From Dehalococcoidia bacterium (GTDB taxonomy: Bacteria > Chloroflexota > Dehalococcoidia > Lucifugimonadales > Australimonadaceae), in assembly GCA_965219845.1 (NCBI GenBank), contig CBDCOP010000006.1, positions 294,670-358,669 of the forward strand: a DNA stretch of 64,000 nt. The letters are read 5' to 3'. The position numbers were made by a program, and so were the translations under genes. Under the pieces are notes generated by a model. That model had not been told where the DNA came from. It saw only the letters and a program-made list of their open reading frames with translations, and searched no databases. Position 1 is the stretch's first letter, and each line of letters starts with the position of its first letter. Below are positions 1 to 8,603 of the stretch, in pieces.

Positions 1-484
1 GGTGCGCTAGGCTGGCCGTCGCCGGAAAGCCTAGGATGACGCGGCGGCATCAGCGGGGCTACTCCCAGCTTTGAACAACGTCCACGGGCACTACATCTAG
101 GCAGTAGGGACGCCCCAAGCAAGCTCTTGGGCAGTCCGGTTCTGCCTGTGGTCTCCCGTGTTTAGCGACGCTCAGGATACGAAGACCACGATTTAGGGAA
201 CTGATCAGTTGCAGGCCACCGGTTCGAGTCTCCCTAAGTACCCCTAGGGAGACTGTACTGCGAATGTTTGAGTGGGCGGTGACCCCGTAGCACTATTGGC
301 AGTGGTGGTCCGTTAGACTTCCGGACTGGTCACCACGACTGCCATGATTGTCGGTTGGCTAGGATAGCGCGTCTTCAATCGCTCTCGCCGTGTGCCCTTT
401 GGGGATTCAGTGAAGGCCGGCTCTCGTTGTCCGCTACAGTCTGCGGTGCTTCCGCGATTCTTGTGGCAATCTGTTCAGGTGGCG

Positions 485-811
485 CTAGTCGACCTCGACG
501 AACACTGCTCCATCCTCAACCCTGACGGGATACACGGTCAATGGCAGGCTCGAAGGACCCTCCAGTCGTTCCCCAGTTCGTACATTAAAGCGGCTGAAGT
601 GGCAGCTGCACTCGATCTCCTCCCCTTCGAGAGGTGGGTCGCCCAGTGGGCCGCCGATTATTTCACAGTCCGCATGGGGGCAGATGTTATTGAAAGCAAC
701 GATCTCACCGTCGATGTTCGCCAGCGCAACCTGAATTGTGTCGTCGATGGGCACGAGCACCATCTTCTCCGGCGTCACGTCATCGACTCGAGCGATCTCT
801 GTTTCCGCCAT
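485..811 (-). CDS. Rieske-type [2Fe-2S] ferredoxin component of an oxygenase system
   Basis: Lies in ORF 485..880(-). The internal ATG at 811 follows AAGGAGGG. Rieske ligand motifs are CPH...CSCH (CPHADC, CSCHFSRF). About 108 aa, the usual size of ferredoxin components. Confidence 0.85.
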   Translation of the reverse strand: MAETEIARVDDVTPEKMVLVPIDDTIQVALANIDGEIVAFNNICPHADCEIIGGPLGDPPLEGEEIECSCHFSRFNVRTGERLEGPSSLPLTVYPVRVEDGAVFVEVD

Positions 812-974
812 TCCTGCCCTCCTTCTCGCCTGCTCGGATTTCGCCAGCCGCTCGCCGATGGCGGATTCCGCCGCTAGCAATGAGTTTGCATGTCGCGGCT
901 TTGGATCGGCCTTTCGGGTATCGCCGTCGACTTTGGATTGGGGCGCTCGCCGCCGCTCGGGGCCGATGATACGT

Positions 975-1903
975 CCCGCTGTATTATCCGTAAATATCCG
1001 ACAGTGCCTCTTCTCCCCTCCTCAGGGGTGGACTGCAAGCCTAGGCTCAGGTGAGGCGATAGTAGTGGTAGGGGTGGAGGAACTCCTCTGAGTTCTGCTG
1101 GCACTCGGAGATGTCCTCCCTGGAGAAGTCCTCCCTACGGTCGTGTAGCCAGCCCTGACACCCTTGCGCATCGTCCGGTTGAAGCTCTCAATGTACTCCT
1201 GCTCGTTCTTCTTGTAAGGCTGAGCCACCCGATGCCGCTGACAGTAGGTCTGCACCCGGTGCGCGAAGGACTCTTTGAACTCACTGCCGCCGTCCGTTTG
1301 AATCAACTCCACCCAGCCATTGAAGCGCCGCGCCATGGCCTGCTCGAGAAAGGCACACCCATAGGCAGCCGTGAGGGCCGGGGCCACTAGGATGTCCGCC
1401 TCCTTGGTATAGATGGCTATGGCGGTGAAAGCGAACAGGCTGCCGAACATGACAGTGTCCATCTGGACTACCTGGCTTGGGCCGCTGGCGACCGGCACAG
1501 GTTCCCCTCCGACGACGTTTCTTCCACTTGGAGCGGATGACGTACCTCTCCCTGAGAATCTCGTAGATCTTGAGCACGGACAGATGTACCCCGTGCATTG
1601 CTCCAGGAAGTAGGCAATCTTCTGCCCACAGCATCCTGACTCCCGTTTCCTGATGGCCCGCACCCCGCGTTTCACGACAGGGTTGACCTGCCTCTTCAGC
1701 CCCTCCCGCTGGATACCACATAGCCACAAGTGGATGGTCTCCTGGTGTCTTCCTAGGCGCCCGGCGATCCGCGCCTTAGGGACTCCTTGCTGGTAGAGAC
1801 CCCAAGCCAGTGTGATCAACGTGAGGTTCGACATGTCCATGACCATATCCATGGACTGTCCGAGGTCTGTCGGGTTTCTACGAAAACAGTGCACCAACTT
1901 GAC
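975..1903 (-). mobile_element. Degenerate DDE insertion sequence (IS481/IS3 retroviral-integrase superfamily), copy 1 of 2
   Basis: 929-bp block repeated at 8604..9532 with constant offset 7629, no indels and about ten substitutions by eye. Imperfect subterminal inverted repeats: TGTATTATCCGTAAATATCCGACAG (980..1004) and TGTTTTCGTAGAAACCCGACAG (reverse strand of 1867..1888). Confidence 0.85.
980..1852 (-). pseudogene. DDE transposase disrupted by at least four frameshifts
   Basis: The frame of ORF 1022..1963 holds the HTH (VPKARIAGRLGRHQETIHLWL) and DDE contexts (VVQMDTV, IQTDGGSEF, NEQEYIESFNRTMRK). The expected continuations lie in other frames: HGVHLSVLKIYEILRERYVIRSKWKK (ORF 1281..1727 frame), CQGWLHDRREDFSREDISECQQNSEEFLHPYHYYR (third frame, my translation) and PHLSLGLQSTPEE (ORF 874..1104 frame). 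Confidence 0.8.
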
Positions 1904-1961
1904 TCCACTTCGTGCATCCCAGATACTGGCGCTTGCGATTCCGAAAACGAAAGGTGATGAC

Positions 1962-2948
1962 ATGGCTGACGATCACCGAATTGGCGCCGTTTACTGGATC
2001 GATCACTACGTAGTAGCTACCAACGACGTCCTGCGTTGGCGCGACTTTTATGCAAATATGTTCTGCGGAGAGCCTTGGGCTCTCGGTGGGCTGACCACGC
2101 AGGAGCGAATGCATGGTGGGCCCATCCGCTGTTTCGTGGAGATGTCCAAGTACCACCATAACGGAGGCTTCCTCCAAGACGAGATGATGCCTCCCACGGA
2201 GGAGTTGGGGCGCGGCATGCCCCGCTACGGATACTTCATCGCGCCCGAAGACATCGACGAACATCTGCGGCGGCTTGAACAGTTTGATGTACCAAATTCG
2301 GGTCCCATCCGCACATCAGAGGATGGCCATGATGGGACAGCCATCTACTTCACGGACCCGGACGGCAATCAGTTGGAGCTATGGGCGCCGACTCGCATGC
2401 CGGAAGGGGCCATGGACACGGCCAACGTCGCCAAAGTGGGACGGATCAGCCACGTTGTCCAGGAGTCAAGGGACCTCAGCCGCACTGCAGAGTTCTACTC
2501 CCGTTACTGCGGCATCGACGTAATCGAGAGCTCTGACATCCCAAAAGATACGCTTTCCATGGAACTGCTGGCCGGCGGCCGGCTCGTATTCAAGCAGGTA
2601 GACGAACTCCATCCCCGCACGGGGAGTCAGAACAAGTGGATCGGGGTGCACACGGCACTCACCGTGCAGGACGACGAGTACCTCCCGGCATATCGAAACT
2701 TCTGGAAGGACTTACCTGAGTCGAATCTGATGCCCTACTCTAACGAGGCGAAGATGGCCGACGAGCAGTCCATGCCGCCCCACACGGAGCTTCACCCCGT
2801 CGTTGCGCGAGGTGTCTGGGAGAATAAGCTAGGCCGCGGTACCATGTTCTTCGATTGGGACACAGCCAACTACCACTTGGTCGGGGGCGTTCCCATCAAC
2901 GGCGGTATGGCTCACTATGGAAAACCAAGCTCGCCACAACTCGCGTAG
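1962..2948 (+). CDS. Two-domain VOC-fold protein (glyoxalase / extradiol-dioxygenase superfamily)
   Basis: Listed ORF 1812..2948 starts inside the IS repeat. The first ATG outside it is at 1962, preceded by AAAGGTGA. Two VOC-like modules: HRIGAVYWIDHYVV...AIYFTDPDGNQLELW and GRISHVVQESRDLSRTAEFY. Confidence 0.75.
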   Translation: MADDHRIGAVYWIDHYVVATNDVLRWRDFYANMFCGEPWALGGLTTQERMHGGPIRCFVEMSKYHHNGGFLQDEMMPPTEELGRGMPRYGYFIAPEDIDEHLRRLEQFDVPNSGPIRTSEDGHDGTAIYFTDPDGNQLELWAPTRMPEGAMDTANVAKVGRISHVVQESRDLSRTAEFYSRYCGIDVIESSDIPKDTLSMELLAGGRLVFKQVDELHPRTGSQNKWIGVHTALTVQDDEYLPAYRNFWKDLPESNLMPYSNEAKMADEQSMPPHTELHPVVARGVWENKLGRGTMFFDWDTANYHLVGGVPINGGMAHYGKPSSPQLA

Positions 2949-3391
2949 GATCCGCGAAGCACCCCTGTGCCCCGAACAAGTAGCCGGGGCGCCCTCCGAT
3001 TGACTTCGGAGGGCGGCTTCCCCTATCCGATGACTGCATCTCCTCGATGGCCACGAAACAGGCCGGATCGGGCAAACCGAGGACCGTAACCGTCGGCACC
3101 GCTCAGTCGTAAAACGCCGGGGAGAACGGGCCTTGTCCGAAGACATGAACGGTGTCCCCAGCTCGCACGACCTGGCTCGCCGACTCAGGCCAGCCCATCC
3201 TGGGTTGATTCGCTCTATATGCATGGAGTCCTCGTTCTCCTGCTTAGATATGGGTCTCTCTGCTACTGGTAGAGGATGCGCAAGTGGGGCGCGACGCAAT
3301 TCACATGGCCCGGTCACACGCCCACGGAGGGCCGATCGCGCCGTGGAGGGGACCTGCTCACACGCGAGCAACAGGTATGCGTGGAATCAGC

Positions 3392-4168
3392 CTAGGGCCG
3401 GGCTCCAGCGGGCTCGGAGCGAGCACCTTTCAGGTGCGCCTCCAAGAACGCAAGCGTCCTAGCCCAAGAGTCCTTCGCAGCCTCCCTGTGGTACGTGCGG
3501 CCGCCCTTTTGGAGAAAGCCGTGGTCTGCTCCAGGGTAGAGGTGGAGCTCGATGTCCTTCTTCAGCTCTCGCATCCTAGACTCGAAGGCGCGGTAGGTAT
3601 CCATCGGGATGCGTTGATCGCTATCGCCAAAGAATCCAATCATTGGGCACGTGATAGCCGCACTATAATCGATGGGATTGTCGGTTTGCAGGAGCTCGTT
3701 CAATGGTGCATCGTTCCGGGGCATGATGCCCCCACCATAATAGATCACGGAGCATGCGATGCCCGATACGCGCGACGCCGCGATGAATGAGGTGCGCCCG
3801 CCCTGGCAGCAGCCCATCACACCGATGCTTTCCTCATCGACGTAGGGCGTGCTCTGGAGATGATCCATTAAGACTTTCAGGTCGTCGACGATCCCGTTGT
3901 CGGTCATGCCAACGCGAAGCGGAGCCGTCTCCTCCATTGTCGTTGCGAACCCATTGCGCGTCGCCCTATGGTACAAGTTCGGTGCGACGGCACAGTAGCC
4001 CTCGTCGGCGAAGGCGCGGGCCAGGTCCTTGATTTGCTGGTCGACCCCCATGGCCGCCTGACAGACGATGACAGTTGGGAACGAACCATCGCCTTCTGGA
4101 CGATAAGTGAAGGTCACCATCTCACCATCAGGCACCTTGAGCTCTACGCTGCCGGAAACCACCGACAC
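3392..4168 (-). CDS. Dienelactone hydrolase family protein
   Basis: ORF 3392..4168(-) with a GTG start after GAGGAGG. DLH-type nucleophile elbow G-C-C-Q-G-G and C-terminal GADHGF. 258 aa. Confidence 0.8.
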   Translation of the reverse strand: MSVVSGSVELKVPDGEMVTFTYRPEGDGSFPTVIVCQAAMGVDQQIKDLARAFADEGYCAVAPNLYHRATRNGFATTMEETAPLRVGMTDNGIVDDLKVLMDHLQSTPYVDEESIGVMGCCQGGRTSFIAASRVSGIACSVIYYGGGIMPRNDAPLNELLQTDNPIDYSAAITCPMIGFFGDSDQRIPMDTYRAFESRMRELKKDIELHLYPGADHGFLQKGGRTYHREAAKDSWARTLAFLEAHLKGARSEPAGARP

Positions 4169-4199
4169 AATCCCACCTCCTCAACTGTTATAAATCGGC

Positions 4200-5372
4200 C
4201 TACTCGATAGCGGCGATCCCCTCGATTGCCACGAGGCAGTCTGGGTTGGGCAACCCAAGAACGGCGAAGTCTGTGCTTGTTGGAGGCGCCCCGGCGTAGA
4301 AGGCCTCGCGCGCCTTGCGTACGTTGGGGAAGTAGTCTGGTCGGGCCATGTAAGTCGTTGTCCGCACCATGCTGGACCGGCTCCCCCCGGCCGCCCCCAG
4401 AGCAGCATCCAGATTCTGGTACACTTGGTCGAGTTGGGCGTCGATGTCACCCTTGCCTACGACATTGCCGGAGGGGTCCATAGCGGCTTGCACAGCAATA
4501 TAGGCGATGCCGTCAGCCACCACTACCTGGCTAGACCCGTCGACCGGCGTCATCAGCGTCGGAGGGTTGAGGTACCGCTTCTCACCACCAATTACAGCCG
4601 TCGCCTCGACTTCAATCACACCGACGGGGTCAGGACCAACGCTCCACACGCACATCGACGTGCAGGCGGGAGCGTGGTCGCCGTAGAACTCTGCCTGGGC
4701 CGTCACGGCACCCTCATAGTAGCGGAAATGGGTGAAATACGTGAGGTGGCGGACGACATCGTTCTTGGTGGCTCCTGCCGCGTGGAGGACATTCTCCATA
4801 TGCCGGTAGGACATCTCCGCCTGAACCCCAACGTCGCACGGGCCAACCATCTTGCCGTAGTCCCGGGCCATCTGCCCAGTGGTGTACACGACGTTACCCG
4901 CCCTGGCGCCTTGGGGGTGCCCGCTGGTCTGCTGTATCTCCGGTGGGTTGATGGGTTGGAGGGTTGCTGCTGTAGTGCCAACCGAACCGATGGCGTCGAC
5001 TTCCACTAGTACGTTGGAGCCGACATGGGCTGGTATGACTACGGTGGTGCTCGCGGCCGGACGCGCCCCGCTGGATAGCACAGGCAGATACTCTTCGCGC
5101 GCGCGCACAACCGCTCCGAAGTACTCCGGCCGCGTTACATAGATGCTAACCTTGAGGACGCTATGCATCCCGCTACCGACGGACGCAAGGGCGTCCGCCA
5201 CGCCCTTGAAGGCTAGGGACGCTTGGGCATCGGCGTCGCCGATGCCCAAGACCTCACCGCCAGGGCCAAAGGGGCCGTGCCCGGCAACATAAACAGTGTC
5301 GCCCGCGCGCACCACCTCGCTGACCGAACCAAGTGGCCCAATACCCGCAGGGTTGTTTCGCTCGATTGCCAT
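4200..5372 (-). CDS. Single polypeptide with three tandem RidA/YjgF/L-PSP domains
   Basis: 390-aa ORF. Three ~125-130 aa modules each show the RidA pattern, for example VRAGDTVYVAGHG...VLKVSIYV...VEVDAIG; ARAGNVVYTTGQ...VVRHLTYF...IEVEATA; VVADGIAYIAVQ...MVRTTTYM...VAIEGIAAIE. Confidence 0.8.
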   Translation of the reverse strand: MAIERNNPAGIGPLGSVSEVVRAGDTVYVAGHGPFGPGGEVLGIGDADAQASLAFKGVADALASVGSGMHSVLKVSIYVTRPEYFGAVVRAREEYLPVLSSGARPAASTTVVIPAHVGSNVLVEVDAIGSVGTTAATLQPINPPEIQQTSGHPQGARAGNVVYTTGQMARDYGKMVGPCDVGVQAEMSYRHMENVLHAAGATKNDVVRHLTYFTHFRYYEGAVTAQAEFYGDHAPACTSMCVWSVGPDPVGVIEVEATAVIGGEKRYLNPPTLMTPVDGSSQVVVADGIAYIAVQAAMDPSGNVVGKGDIDAQLDQVYQNLDAALGAAGGSRSSMVRTTTYMARPDYFPNVRKAREAFYAGAPPTSTDFAVLGLPNPDCLVAIEGIAAIE

Positions 5373-5412
5373 GCTATGGTTGTCTGCTCTCTCCGCCTGT
5401 GCGCTTTCCCTG

Positions 5413-6600
5413 CTAGCCGCCCAGCGTTCGCATTTTCATTTCCAGCTTGCCGAGCCGCCGCGCGCCGTTGGATTCGACAACAATCGTGTTTCCTGCGCGG
5501 TTGCGGCGCTTGCCGTCAGCCGTGACGACTGCTGGCTTGAGGATGAAGCACTGCCCTTGCCTGACGAGCTGACCGTCCATGGTGCCAGGCCGGACCATCG
5601 GGCCGTCCTCGGCGAGGCCCATACCGTGCCCTAAGAATCCGCCCGTGTATTCGGAACTGTACTTCTTGATGGTGTCCTGGGTAATCTGAATCAGATCGTT
5701 CCATGGCACGCCGGGCTTCATCGCCTCCAACACGGCGTTGAAGCAGTCAAGCGAGATATCGAACAGCGTTTGGTACTCCTGAGGAGGCGTGCCGACGCAA
5801 AAGGTCTCGTCTCCTTGGGCCATGTAGCCCATGTATTTGGCGTCGAACTCAGTGAAGATGATGTCGTTGGCCCCGAGGCTCCGGAACGTGGGCATCAGCC
5901 ATGTCTGGTTGGGCTCGGGCTCTGCTACGAAAAGAGCCATCGTGGGCAACTCCCCGCCGCCGCGAACCATGGCGCTTATCATCTGGCCGTACACTTCGTG
6001 CTCGGTCACGCCGGGACGGGCCGATTCAAAAAGTGCCTCACTTGCCTTGTCTGCGAGATCGGCTGCACGCTCCATGAAGACGATCTCCTCCGGACTCTTT
6101 TCCATCCGGACTTCCTGCATCATCTCGGTAACGTCTTCGAAATGCGCCTCCCGCAGCCCCGAGCGAACGTTCTCCCACTCGGTGTGGGAAACCGAGCCCT
6201 CGGGGTCGCGGAGGTGCCCCTGCAGCCCGACGACGCCGATTCTCCCGCTTTCGTGGCCCGCATCCTTGACCGCTTGGACGATCGACTCGCTCCACATACC
6301 AGTCTTGCCCCGAGTGTCCTCCACCCAGTTCTGAGCACGCTTCCACCACTCCCGCCGCTGCGGGTCACGCACGATGGCAACCGGGTCGCCCTCAATCGGG
6401 AACACTGCCGCAACGCCCGTGCAATTGCCTCCAATGCCCGTTAGGTAGCGAATATCAATTTGATAGTTGTCCCAGTCCCCGTTGCTGTGGGGTAATACCA
6501 GACAGTCCAACCCCTGCGCCACCATCTGGGCTCGAACCGCCCCATAGCGGCGATCTCGCTCCTCCTTCGAGAACCTCGGGAAACTGACTTCGTCCAACAT
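5413..6600 (-). CDS. M24-family metallohydrolase (creatinase / Xaa-Pro dipeptidase-like)
   Basis: ORF 5413..7059(-) is over-extended; the ATG at 6600 follows GGAGGGG. Creatinase/prolidase-type N-domain followed by a pita-bread domain (FTEFDAKYMGYMAQGDETF..., GHGMGL). 395 aa. Confidence 0.75.
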   Translation of the reverse strand: MLDEVSFPRFSKEERDRRYGAVRAQMVAQGLDCLVLPHSNGDWDNYQIDIRYLTGIGGNCTGVAAVFPIEGDPVAIVRDPQRREWWKRAQNWVEDTRGKTGMWSESIVQAVKDAGHESGRIGVVGLQGHLRDPEGSVSHTEWENVRSGLREAHFEDVTEMMQEVRMEKSPEEIVFMERAADLADKASEALFESARPGVTEHEVYGQMISAMVRGGGELPTMALFVAEPEPNQTWLMPTFRSLGANDIIFTEFDAKYMGYMAQGDETFCVGTPPQEYQTLFDISLDCFNAVLEAMKPGVPWNDLIQITQDTIKKYSSEYTGGFLGHGMGLAEDGPMVRPGTMDGQLVRQGQCFILKPAVVTADGKRRNRAGNTIVVESNGARRLGKLEMKMRTLGG

Positions 6601-6677
6601 GTGCGCCCCTCCATGTGCGAATGCCCCTAACGCGTAAGCCCTGAATCTCAGCACAACGGGCCCGGACAGCCCGTGTG

Positions 6678-7547
6678 TCAACGGATGGTCGATACTCCCA
6701 TGGAGCGGAACATCCTCTCTGTCTGATCGCGAGTATCGCCGATGTACGGGACATGCTCCGGGCGATGCTCGTCGTCTGTGACTGCCGCCGCGGTATACCC
6801 GCCGTCCACGTACCAGACCGCTCCGGTTACGAACTTCGCCTCCTCGGTCGCCAGGAAGATCGCTGGACCGACTAGGTCCTCCTCGCGGCCAACCCTGCCG
6901 AGCGGCAGACGCCGCAACCGCTCCTTGACCTCGGCGAGTTGCCCGCCAGTGTGCGCCTGGCGACCATGTCCCAGACTGTTGACGCGGATGCCGTAGCCGC
7001 CCATGGCGTGGGCCATCGCCCGCATCATTGCATCGCGTGCACCGCATATCGCGCTCCAAGGGACAGCGCCACCCGATCCCAGCCGCGACACGATGGACGT
7101 GAGGTTGATGATGCTTCCGCTACCACGTCGCGCCATCTCTTTGCCAAGGTACTGGCAGGTGAGGAAGTAGCTCTTCACTCCGAGATCGATACCCTGGTCC
7201 CAATCGTCAACGGACAACTCAAATATGACACCGTGGGTGTTACGGCCGCCAGGTGTGTTAACGAGGACGTCCACCCTCCCAAACTTCGCGAGCACGTCCT
7301 CGGTCAACCGGGCAACCTCCGACCCTCTGGTAACGTCGTAGATACCCGACTCGACCCGCTGTCCCACGCGTGCACCTTCGTCCGTGGAGGACGTCTCCGA
7401 CGCGATGATGAGCAGGGGACCCTCGCTTCCTGGGGCCTCTTGCAGGAACAGGTCGGCTCCTTCCCGAGCGTAACCGAGAGCAATAGCTCGCGCCAGAGGG
7501 CCTGATGCTCCGGTGATGACTGCTACTTTGCCTGCGAGCCGTTTCAC
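6678..7547 (-). CDS. SDR-fold protein, atypical (catalytic Tyr and Lys positions replaced)
   Basis: In ORF 6678..7700(-). GTG at 7547 lies 5 nt after GGAGG. Rossmann motif VITGASGPLARAI. Where classical SDRs have YxxxK it reads PWSAICGAR. Confidence 0.7.
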   Translation of the reverse strand: MKRLAGKVAVITGASGPLARAIALGYAREGADLFLQEAPGSEGPLLIIASETSSTDEGARVGQRVESGIYDVTRGSEVARLTEDVLAKFGRVDVLVNTPGGRNTHGVIFELSVDDWDQGIDLGVKSYFLTCQYLGKEMARRGSGSIINLTSIVSRLGSGGAVPWSAICGARDAMMRAMAHAMGGYGIRVNSLGHGRQAHTGGQLAEVKERLRRLPLGRVGREEDLVGPAIFLATEEAKFVTGAVWYVDGGYTAAAVTDDEHRPEHVPYIGDTRDQTERMFRSMGVSTIR

Positions 7548-7605
7548 TGTGACCTCCACTCGTGATCGAGATTCGTACTGGCAACAATCCCGCAGGTTCT
7601 CATCG

Positions 7606-8436
7606 CTACTTGCCCTTATAGCGCTGAGGAGGCCGGACCTCGTCCTTCCCCTCGGGACGGTGCTCCGCATCGGTCGTCGCTGCAACGGTGTAGCCACCAT
7701 CGGCGTAGAGCACCGTCCCGGTCACCCAGTCGGAGTCGGAAGTCGCCAGGAAGATGGCGGGGCCAACCACGTCGTTGTGCAGCCCAAGGCGCCCGAATGG
7801 CAGACGGCGCAGTCGCTCGTGCTGACCGGGGTTCGTCGGTGCCGACGAACCATCGCTACGCGTATGGCCGCGAGCGAGAGCGTTAACGTTCACTCCGTAT
7901 AATCCCAACGCATGCGCCTGCGCCTTGGTCATGCCGTCCACGCCGCCCCTGGCGGCACTCCAAGGCACCGCCCCGCCCGAGCCGAGCACGCCTACGACGG
8001 AAGATAAGTTGATAATCTTGCCACTAGCGTTGCGGGCCATCTCCTTCCCGATGTGTTTCACCGTCAGGAAGTAGCTCTTGAGCCCCACCGCCATGCAGCG
8101 ATCCCACTGGTCCTCGGTGATGTCGAAAAAGACCCCATGTGCGCCGTCCGCTGCCGTGTTCACCAGGATGTCAATCCTTTTGAAGTCGGTCATAGCCTGC
8201 TTCGTCATGTCGACTACAGCGCGTTCGTCGGTAATGTCGAACACACCGGTACTGACCTTGCGTCCGTCGCCACCCGCAGCCTTGACAGTCTTGAGGACAT
8301 CCTTCATCCTTTCATGATTCTTGGGGAAGAACTGAAGGTAGAGGTCGGCTCCCTCCCGAGCGAACCCGCACGCTATGGCCTGCGCGAACTGGCCATCCGC
8401 ATCCGTAATGACGGCCACTTTGCCTTCCAATCTCAT
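7606..8436 (-). CDS. SDR-fold protein, atypical paralog (Tyr->Trp, Lys->Arg; degenerate Gly-rich motif)
   Basis: In ORF 7606..8580(-), ATG at 8436. N-terminal motif VITDADGQFAQAI instead of TGxxxGxG. The active-site stretch IINLSSVVG...PWSAARGGV aligns to NxSS...AYSASKAAV. Confidence 0.7.
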   Translation of the reverse strand: MRLEGKVAVITDADGQFAQAIACGFAREGADLYLQFFPKNHERMKDVLKTVKAAGGDGRKVSTGVFDITDERAVVDMTKQAMTDFKRIDILVNTAADGAHGVFFDITEDQWDRCMAVGLKSYFLTVKHIGKEMARNASGKIINLSSVVGVLGSGGAVPWSAARGGVDGMTKAQAHALGLYGVNVNALARGHTRSDGSSAPTNPGQHERLRRLPFGRLGLHNDVVGPAIFLATSDSDWVTGTVLYADGGYTVAATTDAEHRPEGKDEVRPPQRYKGK

Positions 8437-8603
8437 CGCATTTCCTCGTGAAGTGAACTTGGTGTCGGACGGCTTAGCTGTTGGAATCAAACGCTGCGAA
8501 TTTCCTCCATAAACCTCGGTACAGGCGAGTTTACCTTGAGAGGACATCTCCAATACCCAAACGTGGGGTTCCTTTATCATGGCTCCTGAGTCATGTCAAG
8601 GCC

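Noticed and set aside
195-250. tRNA or tmRNA 3' part suggested by GGTTCGAGTC
   Set aside because: The sequences flanking the TTCGAGT loop do not pair as a T-stem (ACCGG vs CTCCC). There is no acceptor stem or CCA context, and no plausible tag ORF.
1-380. Group II intron 5' end (GTGCG at positions 2-6) or RNase P RNA (AGTCCGG..., CCTAGATG-like strings)
   Set aside because: There is no domain V-like hairpin or reverse-transcriptase ORF. The RNase P-like strings occur in the wrong order and on inconsistent strands, and the resemblance is limited to 7-10 nt.
5413-7059. 548-aa ORF as a large fusion protein
   Set aside because: The first 153 residues are Arg/Gly-rich and lie antisense or out of frame relative to the downstream SDR gene end. 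The conserved M24 sequence starts at the ATG at 6600, which has a strong SD.
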